Shown here: piece by piece, positions 52,706 to 63,298 of the stretch | Position numbering within the stretch: position 1 is the first letter of the stretch | Layout: each line of letters starts with the position of its first letter | NCBI GenBank assembly: GCA_963716725.1 | Contig: CAVQUB010000005.1 | Location: 96,001-160,000 of the forward strand | DNA from: an uncultured delta proteobacterium | GTDB lineage: Bacteria; Myxococcota_A; Polyangia; Polyangiales; Polyangiaceae | Length of the DNA: 64,000 nucleotides | Reading direction: 5' to 3' | The notes under the pieces: model-generated | The model's input: only the letters and a program-made list of their open reading frames with translations | Databases searched by the model: none | What the model was told of the DNA's origin: nothing | Made by a program: the position numbers and the translations under genes

Positions 52706-52774
52706 CCCTACGACGTATAGCTAGTGTTCTCGAGCAGGATCACGTTCGTCCGACTGCGGGTCTCGCCGGCGCTC
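52706..52774 (-). repeat. R4: native 3' end of the 4Fe-4S gene (putative attachment site)
   Basis: In-frame end …VT-SAGETRSRTNVILLENTSYTS*. Confidence 0.95.
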
Positions 52775-54730
52775 GTCACGTAGACGGCGGGCTTGTCGAC
52801 GATCGGGCAGACCTTCTCGCAGGCGCCGCAGCCGATGCACAGCGAAGGATCGACGTGCGGGCGTTGCACCTTGATGGTGGTCATCTTGGCGTGACCGCCG
52901 CCCTCCTCGTAGTGCGCCTCGCGCTTCGGGACCTCGACGTCTTCGGCCCAGATCGCCTTGGGTGAGGTCGGGCAGAACTCTTCGCAGACGATGCAGGGCG
53001 TGGCCATGGCCCAGGGCAGGCAGCGCCCTTGGTCGTACATGGCGGTCCCGATGCTGATGGGCTTCTGACCGATGCCCATCTTCTGCTTCTCGTCGATCTT
53101 CTGGATGGCGCCGGTCGGACAGACCTGGCCGCAGAGCACGCAGCTGAACTCGCAGTAGCCGATGCGCGGGATCAGGATCGGCGTCCACAGTCCCTCGAGC
53201 CCGGCCTCGAAGAACGCGGGGTGCAGCGCGTTGTTCGGGCAGACCTTCATGCACTCGGCGCAGCGGATGCAGCGCTCGAGGAAGTCGCGCTCGTCCACCG
53301 AACCCGGCGGACGGATCACCTTCTCGCTGTAGGCCCGGTCGGGCCAGTTGGCGATGCGCATCGCGGGGATGGCCACCGCGCCGGCGGCGGTCGAGGCCAG
53401 GATCGTGCGTCGCTGCAGGTCCGGCTTGACGAGCTCGCTCTTGCGGTTCGGCAGGAACTTGAACTTGATGACGTCTTCGGGGCAGGCGGCCTCGCAGTTG
53501 AAGCACATGAGGCACTCGTCTTGCTGGTGCTTGACGCCGCCTTGCGGGCTGTCGGCGCCTTGGCAGTGCACCAGGCACAGGTTGCAGTCGGTGCACTTCG
53601 AGTGGTCCTTCTCCATGCCGAAGATGGCGAAGCGCGAGAGCACGCCCAAGAACGAGCCGAGCGGGACACAGCGCCCGGCACCAGAAGCGCGGCATGATGC
53701 GGTTCATGAACAAGATCGCGACCAGCGCGAAGACGATGAACCAGGTCTGGTGGAAGTAGGCCTGGTTCGCGGTCCAGACGGTCTGGGCGAAGAAGTCCTG
53801 GGTCGCGTCGCTGGCCGTCTGCACGGCGCGCAGGTTGCTGTCGGCGGCGACGGTGGCGCCGCGGATGCCCAGGTATTGCAGCGCGGGCACGACTCCCAGG
53901 CCGATGGCACGGACCGCGATGCAGATGGGATCGAGCAGCCCACCGATGGCGCTGCCCGCCGCCGCCGCGCCGAGGAAGCCCCACATCAGGTAGAACTTGC
54001 CGCGCTGCCAGCCCTTGGTCTTGTTGGAGTCGACGCGCTTGCTGCCCTTGAGATAGCGACTCGGGAAGATCCAGCCGAAAAAGTGATGCAGGGTGCCGAA
54101 GGGGCAGATCCAACCGCAGAACACGCGACCGAAGAGCAGCGTCAGCGCGACGATCACCAGCGACCACGCCAGGCCGCGGTAGACGGAGTGGGTGGAGAGG
54201 AGCGTCATCGCGGCGACGAAGGGATCCGCCATCAGGAAGGCTTCGACTGGGAGCGGCATCCGGATCGCTTTGTCCGCGCCGGCGGCGAAGCTGCCGCGGA
54301 AGGCCGTCGCGAACAGGAACCAGAAGAAGACGCCGAGGAAGACGATCTGCGAGACGACCCGCGCCTTGGCGAGGAATCGAATCACGCCGCGGGCGGGGAT
54401 GCCCGAGCCCGGCAGCTTGCGCGGGCCGAAGCGGCGCTTCATCCAGCGCCGGAAGCGCGACGGGGGCGGGAGCTTCTTCGGAGCGGGCGGGGAGCCGGCG
54501 CTCGAGCCCCCGGCCGAGCCGTTGCCTGCGCTCGTGGCGGGCGTCGTCGAGTCCGTCGCCGCGCTGGCGTTCACCGCGGACGAGCAGCCACCGCCCTGGG
54601 AACCGCAACCACACTGCTTCGGTGCCGCCGGCGCGGGCACCGCATCGAGCGGCGCTACCTTCCCAGGAGCCCCCAGCCACGGGATCGGGCGGGGCAGATC
54701 GGGCGTTCCGGAGTGGGTGGGTGGGTGCAC
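52708..54730 (-). CDS. Membrane polyferredoxin (NapH/MauN-like + NapG/MauM-like 4Fe-4S); frameshift near 53664
   Basis: 'GRVFCGWICPFG', 'FWCRALCP', multiple CxxCxxCxxxCP; an extra base in a GGG run breaks CPLGSFLG. Confidence 0.88.
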
Positions 54731-55723
54731 TCAGACCTCCACGCGAGGGACCGTCTCCCAGCTCGCAGTGCCGAGTCCTCGCTCCTCCCCCAGCGCGAGG
54801 TACTTCACGTTCGACGGCTTCTCGCCAATCAGCGTGGCGCCGTAGGCGTCGACCGCGACCTGATCGAGGCTGGCGATGACCTGGTGCATATCCTTGGCGT
54901 CGTCGATGTTGCCGCCCTGTGGACCGTTGCGCATCAGGACCCGCGTCGCGTCCAGGACGGTGAGGGTCGGTCGCATGAAGGTCGCGAGGTCGGCGATGGA
55001 CACGTCGATGTTCTGGTGCAGCCGGTTGCGCCGCCCGCCGAGCAGGCCGTACCAGTTCTTCATGGCGCCGGTGTACTTCGACAGGTTGTGGTGCTTCGCC
55101 ACCGGCACGTTGATGACCTTGTCGGCGTTCACCAGTGGTGTGTACACTGGCCAGAGGTCGAGCACGTCGCCTTTCATGCGGATGTCGCGGAAGCGATGGG
55201 CGGCCGGCAGGATCACCGTCGCACCCACCGCGTGCGCCGCGCGCCAGATCCCCGAGCGCTGGAAGCAGCGGTTCGGTTCGTTGCACGAAGCGTCGGTGAC
55301 AACGACCCGGGCCGCGCCCGCATCGAGCACCAGCTTGACCAGCTCGGCGACCACCAGCGGGTTGGTGTTGGCCGCGTGCACGGGCATGCGATCCCAGCCG
55401 ATGTTGGGCTTGATAGCCACCACGTCGCCCCGCGAAATGAAGCGATCCATTCCGCCCAGCGCCTCGACCGCCTTGCGGGTGAGCTCGGCGGCGTCCGTCG
55501 AGCTCTTGGCGATGGCCAGGATCGGCGCCGCGCTGCCGGCCGCCTTCGTCCGGAAGTCGCGGACCTGCCGCTCCGCGTCGAGGCGCGTCAGGTCGATCCC
55601 GCCCGGATCCCAGACCAGCTTGGCGGCCAATGCCGAGGCGCCGAGGGCGGCTCCCGCCGCCCCGACCCGCCCGAGGGCGTCGCGGCGCGAAATCGTCGAC
55701 ATGGCCTGGCTGATATGGGCCAA
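54731..55723 (-). CDS. DUF362 domain protein with Tat-like signal
   Basis: 'SRRDAL', 'VAIKPNIGW', 'INVPVAKHH', 'MKNWYG', 'DQVAVDA'. Confidence 0.85.
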   Translation of the reverse strand: MAHISQAMSTISRRDALGRVGAAGAALGASALAAKLVWDPGGIDLTRLDAERQVRDFRTKAAGSAAPILAIAKSSTDAAELTRKAVEALGGMDRFISRGDVVAIKPNIGWDRMPVHAANTNPLVVAELVKLVLDAGAARVVVTDASCNEPNRCFQRSGIWRAAHAVGATVILPAAHRFRDIRMKGDVLDLWPVYTPLVNADKVINVPVAKHHNLSKYTGAMKNWYGLLGGRRNRLHQNIDVSIADLATFMRPTLTVLDATRVLMRNGPQGGNIDDAKDMHQVIASLDQVAVDAYGATLIGEKPSNVKYLALGEERGLGTASWETVPRVEV

Positions 55724-55873
55724 GGCTCACGTAACGTCAAATTTGGCGCCGCGGAAGATAACGTAACGTAATGACTTTTCTGATTTCAGGCCTTCCAGCT
55801 TGCTCGCCCCGGGAGCCCTCCCGTGCTGGAGCTTGAACGTCGGCGGCTCTGGCGCTAGGGTCCGCGCCCCGCC

Positions 55874-56077
55874 ATGAAAGCCGGCATCCACCCCGAGTAC
55901 AACGTCCTCTCCGTGACCTGCGCCTGCGGGAACACGTTCCAGACCCGATCGACCGCGAAGGAGATGGCCGTCGACGTCTGCGGCGCCTGCCACCCGTTTT
56001 ACACGGGCAAGCAGCGCCTGATGGACACCCAGGGCCGCGTCGATCGTTTCCGCAAGCGGTACGCGAAGACGGCGTGA
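55874..56077 (+). CDS. rpmE: 50S ribosomal protein L31
   Basis: '[13 protein letters not shown]…[18 protein letters not shown]'. Confidence 0.98.
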   Translation: MKAGIHPEYNVLSVTCACGNTFQTRSTAKEMAVDVCGACHPFYTGKQRLMDTQGRVDRFRKRYAKTA

Positions 56078-56153
56078 GCCGGATCGCTCGAAGCTGGCTC
56101 GAAGCACGGGCCGACTTCTCCTTGCGTGACCCGACGCTATATTGACGGTCAGC

Positions 56154-57269
56154 ATGAACCAACCCCCGGTCGTCGGTCGCGACGGAGTCGCTCGTCCCTA
56201 CATCGGCGGGCAAGCCCTCATCGAAGGCGTGATGATGCGCTCGCCGCATTCTTACGCGGCGGTGGTGCGACGCCGCAACGGCGCGCTGATGGTGCGCGAA
56301 GAGACCATGGTCGACCCGCGCGTAGGCGCCAAGGGCTGGCCGCTGGTGCGTGGTGTCGTCACGCTGGTCGAGGCGTTGAAGCTCGGGAGCCGCTGCTTGC
56401 GGTTCAGCGCCGAGGTTTACGAAGAAGACATGGAGGCGGAGGAGAAGTCCAAGTCCAAGTCGGGGCCGAGCACGCTGGCCGCGCTGTCGCTCCCCATCAT
56501 CGCGCTCTTGACCTCCGAGCCCGACGGGCCGTCGCCTTCCGCGGGCAAAGAAGGCGGGGTCGGCAAGTCGCTCTTCACGTTGCTCACCATCGTCTTCGCC
56601 ATCGGGCTCTTCGTCGCGCTGCCGCAAGCCTTTGCCGAGGGCACGAGCCGCGTCTTCAGCTTGAACCTCGACGTTCGAGATCCTCGCTTCCAGCTGCTGA
56701 CGGGCGCGGCCAAGATGCTGATCGTCGTGAGCTACATGCTGGCGATCCGGCGCATGCCCGAGATCTACCGCGTGTTTCAGTACCATGGCGCCGAGCACAA
56801 GGCGATTCACGCCTACGAGGCCGGTGACGACTTGAGCGTCGCGAACGCTCGCAGCAAGACCACGCTGCACCCGCGCTGCGGCACGACCTTCTTGGTGATG
56901 GTGGCGATGGTGTCGATCGTGATCTTCAGCGCGCTCGGCCCGCTGCTGCCTCAGCTGGGCTTGGGCAGGATAGCGGACAACGTGCTCTTCTTCCTGATGA
57001 AGCTGCCCTTCTTGCCGATCATTGCGGCGATCACCTTCGAGATCCAGCGGGCGCTGGCTCGCTGGGGTCGGGGGCCGCTGAGGCTGCTGCTCTACCCGGG
57101 CTTCTGGGTCCAGAAGATCACGACCATCGAGCCGGACGACGCGCAGCTCGAGGTGGCGCTCGCGGCGCTCCGAAGCGCCTTGGTGCGGGAGCAAGTTGGC
57201 AAACAGGCGGACGGTGACTCGACTTTCGCCGGCTACGACGCGCTGAGCGAAGCGCGCCCGGCTGCCTGA
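56154..57269 (+). CDS. DUF1385 membrane protein
   Basis: 'IGGQALIEGVMMR', 'YHGAEHK', 'HPRCGT'; rpmE-DUF1385-prfA synteny. Confidence 0.92.
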   Translation: MNQPPVVGRDGVARPYIGGQALIEGVMMRSPHSYAAVVRRRNGALMVREETMVDPRVGAKGWPLVRGVVTLVEALKLGSRCLRFSAEVYEEDMEAEEKSKSKSGPSTLAALSLPIIALLTSEPDGPSPSAGKEGGVGKSLFTLLTIVFAIGLFVALPQAFAEGTSRVFSLNLDVRDPRFQLLTGAAKMLIVVSYMLAIRRMPEIYRVFQYHGAEHKAIHAYEAGDDLSVANARSKTTLHPRCGTTFLVMVAMVSIVIFSALGPLLPQLGLGRIADNVLFFLMKLPFLPIIAAITFEIQRALARWGRGPLRLLLYPGFWVQKITTIEPDDAQLEVALAALRSALVREQVGKQADGDSTFAGYDALSEARPAA

Positions 57270-57270
57270 C

Positions 57271-58341
<1,071 letters not shown>

Positions 58342-58431
58342 GCACGGGTCGGTCCGGCGCGCAGCGCAAAGTCGATACGCGCGCGGTGCATTGTCCTCGA
58401 CCTGGAGAGAGTTCGCGGCGAACATGGGCAG

Positions 58432-58872
58432 GTGAGCCAAGCGCTTCACGACGCCGACACTTCGAGCCGCCGCCCTGTGGATCTGGACGGGCTGTTCTGC
58501 GCGCTCGTGCTGGTGCCGCCGAGCTTCAGCCGAAACCGGTTCTTCCGCCTGTTCGAGGAACCGTCGGCGCATCGCGTACGCCGCCGCGCGGCTCGAGTGC
58601 GCGGAATCATCCGTCAGCTCTTGGGCAAAGGGCGCATGAAGAGCGAGATCACCGGTGAGGCGGTGCTCGACGACGGGCGGGTGCTGCTCAGGTTCCGCGT
58701 CGATGGAATGCGTTACGATCGCACCGCCGCGCTGAACCAGCTCGAGGCCGCTGCGCTGCGCTTCGCGCTTCATCGCGCTGGCGCGGGCGACATCGAGGAG
58801 GCGGATCGCGCCTTGGTCGAGCAGGCGCTGGCGCGACTGGGCGGGCCTGAGCTCTCGTCAGCGCAGAGCTGA
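58432..58872 (+). CDS. Hypothetical protein
   Basis: 146-aa ORF filling the intergenic space. Confidence 0.6.
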   Translation: MSQALHDADTSSRRPVDLDGLFCALVLVPPSFSRNRFFRLFEEPSAHRVRRRAARVRGIIRQLLGKGRMKSEITGEAVLDDGRVLLRFRVDGMRYDRTAALNQLEAAALRFALHRAGAGDIEEADRALVEQALARLGGPELSSAQS

Positions 58873-60858
58873 GACGAGCCGCTCCCAGGCGGCGCTCTCG
58901 GCGCCGCTCAGCTCTGGGTTGCGCTCGCCGCCAAAGGGCAGTGCGCGAGCCGTCGGCGCGCCGAGCCGCTGGATGGCCAGCGTTGCGTGTTCAATCCCCG
59001 CGAGCCGGCCCTGGGCGCCAACCACCAGCGCCGCGAGATCCGGCCCCACCGCCCGCCGTGGCGAGGGTCGGACCAAGAGCCGTTGGCCAGCCCCGAGCAG
59101 CGCGGAAAACCCCGCGAGCGGCTGCCCGACCGGATCGCTCCAGGGATCCCGCGCTCCGGGCATGCCGGCGCCGATCCAGGCGTCGATGCGGGTCGAAGCG
59201 GAGACCTCGGACAGGCCCAGGCTGAAGCCGCGGGGCCGGAGCGACTCTTCTGCCATGCCGAGGGTGAGCTGCCCCGAGAAGGTCGCGAGCAGCGACTCTT
59301 CGTCGATGCTGCCCGGCAGGAAGGGCGGCTGCGCGTGGGTCTCCGGGATCGGCGTGTCTGCCCGCGGCGTGAGATTCCCGGGGTTCATCAGGCCGTCGGG
59401 ATCCCAAGCGCGCATCAGGCGGCGCACGACTTCGACGCCGTGACCCAGCTCTTCGCCCAAGCGCGGCGCCTTGCTGCGCCCGACGCCGTGATGGTGGCTG
59501 AGCGTGCCGCCGGCCTCGATGGCTGCGCCGAGCGCCGAGCGCCACGCAGCTTCGTACTTCTCGATGGCGCCCGCATCCGTGTCCGCGGATCCGGAGAACG
59601 TGAAGTAGATGCTGCACCCGTCGGGATAAGCGTGAGACAGGTGGGCCATCACCAGCACGTGTTCACCGAGTGCGGCACGCACGGCGTCGTAGAGCGTGCC
59701 CAGCTTCGACCAAGGCGCCGCGACCTCCATGGTGTCGCTGAAGGCCCCGAGGCGGAACACTGGCGCTTGGCGATAGCTCACGCTGTAGCGGTGCGCGAAC
59801 CACTTGCGCGCTGGCCCCTCGCCCAGCGCGCGCGCGCCGGCCTCCGCCGCGATCCGCGTCGCGCGCTCGCAGTCGGCGTGCGCTTCGTCCGAGCTGCCTT
59901 CGAAGACCAAGACCATGGTGGCGCCACCCAGGAGGTTGCCCTCGGCGGCTTGGATGACGGCGTTGAGCGCGCGCGGCACGCTGAGCAGACTCCGCGCCAG
60001 CGACGACAGCGAAGCGCTGGCGGTCTTGGGCCCGTGGCGCTTGCGTCCCGACTTCACGGATCCGCTCTTCATGATGGCGGAGTCGATGGGGTCGTAGAGC
60101 CGCGACACCGCCGGCCGCAGTCCGGCCTGGAACATTTGCCGCATGGCATCCCAGCCCGACTCGACATCGGGGTAGGAAAACGCCGCGTAGGCCCGGGCCA
60201 CCGGCGCCGGATGCAGGCGGAGCTTGGCCCGCGCGATGGTGCAGAGCGTGCCTTCGCTGCCCACCACCAGGGGCACCATGTTTGGGCCGTCGAAACGTCG
60301 CTTCAAGGTGACCACATCGCCGGTGCCCAGCACGCAGTCGACGCTCACCACCATGTCTTCGATCTTGCCGTACATGCCCGAGCACTGGCCCGCGCCCCGC
60401 GCCGCGACCCACCCGCCGACGGTCGAGCACAAGATGCTCGACGGGAAATGTCCGATGGTGAAGCCGGCGCGCTCCAGGTCTTCTTCGAGCGTGATGCCCA
60501 TGGCGCCGGCACCCACGTCGATCTGGGGCCCGCTCGGGTCGATGCTGAAGTCGCGGATCTTCTTCAGGTCGACGACGATGGTGCGCGCGCTCGGATCGAC
60601 AGCGCCGCAGACGCCGCTGCCGGCGCCGAAAGGCACGAGCGCGCAGCCTTCTTCATGAGCGAAGCGCGTGAGCGTCGCCAACTCGTCCGTCGAGGTCGGC
60701 CACACCACCGCGAGGGGCGGGCTCACCGCGGGGCGACCCGCTCGCACATCCAGCAAGCGCCGAGGCCAGAGGTCGCGCGAGTACGCGACTCGGTCCGGGT
60801 TCGATGTGCTGACCGTGACACCCGGGAGCGCGCGTTCGAGGGCACGGGCGACGTCCAC
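58858..60858 (-). CDS. FAD-binding oxidoreductase, alkyl-DHAP synthase-like
   Basis: 'PFGAGSGV', 'GHFPSS..STVGGWVAARGAGQ..YGKIED', 'SHHHGVG'. Confidence 0.85.
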   Translation of the reverse strand: MDVARALERALPGVTVSTSNPDRVAYSRDLWPRRLLDVRAGRPAVSPPLAVVWPTSTDELATLTRFAHEEGCALVPFGAGSGVCGAVDPSARTIVVDLKKIRDFSIDPSGPQIDVGAGAMGITLEEDLERAGFTIGHFPSSILCSTVGGWVAARGAGQCSGMYGKIEDMVVSVDCVLGTGDVVTLKRRFDGPNMVPLVVGSEGTLCTIARAKLRLHPAPVARAYAAFSYPDVESGWDAMRQMFQAGLRPAVSRLYDPIDSAIMKSGSVKSGRKRHGPKTASASLSSLARSLLSVPRALNAVIQAAEGNLLGGATMVLVFEGSSDEAHADCERATRIAAEAGARALGEGPARKWFAHRYSVSYRQAPVFRLGAFSDTMEVAAPWSKLGTLYDAVRAALGEHVLVMAHLSHAYPDGCSIYFTFSGSADTDAGAIEKYEAAWRSALGAAIEAGGTLSHHHGVGRSKAPRLGEELGHGVEVVRRLMRAWDPDGLMNPGNLTPRADTPIPETHAQPPFLPGSIDEESLLATFSGQLTLGMAEESLRPRGFSLGLSEVSASTRIDAWIGAGMPGARDPWSDPVGQPLAGFSALLGAGQRLLVRPSPRRAVGPDLAALVVGAQGRLAGIEHATLAIQRLGAPTARALPFGGERNPELSGAESAAWERLVSALR

Positions 60859-60878
60859 AGGGCGCTTGTAACCCGCGC

Positions 60879-61301
60879 GTGGCAGGGCGTATACCTTGTG
60901 CCGTGTCGCAGAGAGCAGCCCTGACTAGCATCGCGCTCGCCTGCGCGTTGGCCATCGGCCCTGCTTGTGGTGGCGGCGGTGCCGGCGGGGCGCCGGCGAA
61001 GTCGGGCAAGGCAGCGGGCGCTCCCAGCGTTGGCAGCGAGGGCGAGGACGGACCGGGCGGCGACGACGGCGCGACGGGCAGCGTGTCTCGTTGCGCCGAC
61101 GGCACTTGCTTCGAGTGCGGCTCGGGCCTGTGCCCGAAGGGTTTTTATTGCGACGAAAAGGCCCCCGGCGGGCCGGCCTGCGGCTGGCTCCCGGAGTGCG
61201 CGGCGGTGGCGACCTGCGCTTGCGTCGAGCAGGTCCTGGGTGCGGACTGCTCCTGCACCGAGAAGGGCGTCGGCCCCAGCGTCAGCTGTCAGGGGCGCTG
61301 A
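60879..61301 (+). CDS. Cys-rich lipoprotein
   Basis: Lipobox GPAC; ten-Cys C-terminal module. Confidence 0.6.
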   Translation: MAGRIPCAVSQRAALTSIALACALAIGPACGGGGAGGAPAKSGKAAGAPSVGSEGEDGPGGDDGATGSVSRCADGTCFECGSGLCPKGFYCDEKAPGGPACGWLPECAAVATCACVEQVLGADCSCTEKGVGPSVSCQGR

Positions 61302-63298
61302 GCGAGAATCAAGATGCGCGGCGAGCTCGCGCCGAAGAACACCCCGGGCGTCGACGGGTGTCCGCTGGCTTCGGTCACGCGGAAGCCGGCATCGTGCAAG
61401 ATCTTGCCGAGCTCATGCAGCGAGTAGAGTCGAATGCTGTAGCTGCACTCCATCGTTCGCCCGTCGTCGAGGATCAGCGAGCGCTTCACCTTGAGGCGGC
61501 TGGTGATGAAGTCCACCGCCATGTCGTCCATGCACACGCAAGCGTCACCCTCGAACCAGGTCTGTGCTGGCTGGGTGGCGACCACGAAGTCACGGTTGGC
61601 GACGTCGAGTAGGAGCATGCCGCCGGGGCGGAGCGCACGGAAGAGGCGCTGGGCGACCGCCGCGTTCTTCTCTTCTTCGAAGTACCCGAAGCTCGTGTTC
61701 CAGCAGTAGATGCCGTCGAACATTTCCTCGAAGGCCATCTCCCGCATGTCGCCCTGCAGGAGATTCAACTTCTGGCCGGCTTCTTGCGCGACGTCGGCGG
61801 CCACGGCGAGCTGGTAGAGCGATAGGTCGTAGCCCACCACGCCGTAGCCGCGCTGCGCGAGTTCGATGGCGTGGTGCCCGTTGCCGCAGGCCAGGTCGAG
61901 CATCACGCCGCCCTTGGCCACGCCCAGGGACTCTTCGATGAAATCTGCTTCGGCCACGATTTGTTCCGGCTTGAGCTTGGCGTTCGCGCGCGCGAAGTCT
62001 TCGCCGAACAGCTCCTCCCACCAGGCCTTGCGCTGCTTGGTCCGCTGGGCCTCTTTCGCTTCGGCGACCGACGGAGGCTTGGGAGGATCGCGGCGTGGGG
62101 GCGGCGGCGGCGCCGGGCCCGCGGCCTCCTCCACCTCGACCGGGATCTCTGCCTCGCCCTCGCGGTCCTCGGGGATCGCGATGTCGTCCTCGGTGAGCTC
62201 CTCGGCGGCGGCCTGCTCATCGGCCGGGAACGAGATCTCGCTCTCGTCCAGGGCTTCGCCGCTCGGCGGGTCGGAGTCGTCAGCCGGGAACGAGATGTCG
62301 CCCTCGTCGAGGGAGGGCGGGGGCTCCGGCGTGCAGTCTTCGTCGCTCGACGCCGCCGGTGGCGGGGACGATGCCAACGGCGGCGTCGGTGCTGCCGGCG
62401 GCGACGCTGCTGCCGGTGCTGCCGGCGACGGGAGCACGCCTTCCGCGCGTGCCGGCGTCCCGACCGCCATCACGGCTCGAGCCTGGACGCCAATGACCCG
62501 CATCGGCTTGACCGTCGATAGCGCCGTCGCCACCTCCGTCGGGCCGTCGCCGCCGTCGAGTGGCGCCGGTGGTGGTGGATACGAAATCGCCGAGGGCTTG
62601 CCGGAGCTCGGCTCGGGCAGCGCGTTCCAGGGCTGGGTCGGCGGTTCGGATTCGTGCGTCGTCGGCGGTGGCGGCGGGCGCGACACCGGGCGCGGCGGCT
62701 GCGACACCGGGCGCGGCGGTTGCGACACCGGGCGCGGCGGCTGCGACACCGGGCGCGGCGGCTGCGACACCGGGCGCGGCGGGGTCGAGGCTGGCGGCGG
62801 CATCGGCAACACCGCGCCCGCGTCGTCCTGCATGCGAGTGGTTGGCTCGTCGAGATCCGACGCCGTCACGGCGGGATCGAGCCGCCGCGTGGTTCGTTCG
62901 AACTCCGACTCGTCGTCGATGCGGGTGGTGGGTTCATCCAGATCTGCAATCGATGGCGTCCGAGGTGGCTTCAGAGCGTTGCTCGTGGGGATGTCGTCTT
63001 CGTCAGTGCTCGGCGCGGGCATGCTCGCGCGAGCGATGGGCGTGGCCGGGTTGGTAGCCGTGCGCTTGCGCGGCGGCGGCACTGCTGGAACGACAGCGGC
63101 GGTGAACACCGCTTCCGGATCGCTGGGGTCATCGAAGTCGACGTCCACCTCCGACGGGAGTTCCGTCTCGGTCTTCGCCTCGGCGGAGGGCGGCGGCGGG
63201 ATTTCGGACGGCAGCTCCGGGATCGGCGCGACCTCGGGCTGCGACCCGATATCCGGGATGCTCGGCGGCGCCTCGTCGTCCAGCTGATCGTCGCTCAT
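61289..63298 (-). CDS. Class I SAM-dependent methyltransferase with long acidic/Pro-rich N-terminus
   Basis: 'MLDLACGNGHH', 'GDMRE', 'NTSFGYF', 'ALRPGG'. Confidence 0.88.
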   Translation of the reverse strand: MSDDQLDDEAPPSIPDIGSQPEVAPIPELPSEIPPPPSAEAKTETELPSEVDVDFDDPSDPEAVFTAAVVPAVPPPRKRTATNPATPIARASMPAPSTDEDDIPTSNALKPPRTPSIADLDEPTTRIDDESEFERTTRRLDPAVTASDLDEPTTRMQDDAGAVLPMPPPASTPPRPVSQPPRPVSQPPRPVSQPPRPVSQPPRPVSRPPPPPTTHESEPPTQPWNALPEPSSGKPSAISYPPPPAPLDGGDGPTEVATALSTVKPMRVIGVQARAVMAVGTPARAEGVLPSPAAPAAASPPAAPTPPLASSPPPAASSDEDCTPEPPPSLDEGDISFPADDSDPPSGEALDESEISFPADEQAAAEELTEDDIAIPEDREGEAEIPVEVEEAAGPAPPPPPRRDPPKPPSVAEAKEAQRTKQRKAWWEELFGEDFARANAKLKPEQIVAEADFIEESLGVAKGGVMLDLACGNGHHAIELAQRGYGVVGYDLSLYQLAVAADVAQEAGQKLNLLQGDMREMAFEEMFDGIYCWNTSFGYFEEEKNAAVAQRLFRALRPGGMLLLDVANRDFVVATQPAQTWFEGDACVCMDDMAVDFITSRLKVKRSLILDDGRTMECSYSIRLYSLHELGKILHDAGFRVTEASGHPSTPGVFFGASSPRILILAQRP
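62675..62782. repeat. 21-bp tandem repeat (PPRPVSQ), about 5 copies
   Basis: (gcgacaccgggcgcggcggct)n. Confidence 0.9.

Noticed and set aside
40563..52774. Classical integron or CRISPR interpretation of the R/E repeats
   Set aside because: There is no intI or cas gene. I could not find RYYYAAC/GTTRRRY attC ends on E, and the spacing is kilobases.
53348..55771. Many long antisense or alternative-frame ORFs (this one, 5731-8340, 58987-60924 and others)
   Set aside because: They are shadow ORFs of high-GC genes, and the opposite frames carry the recognisable motifs.
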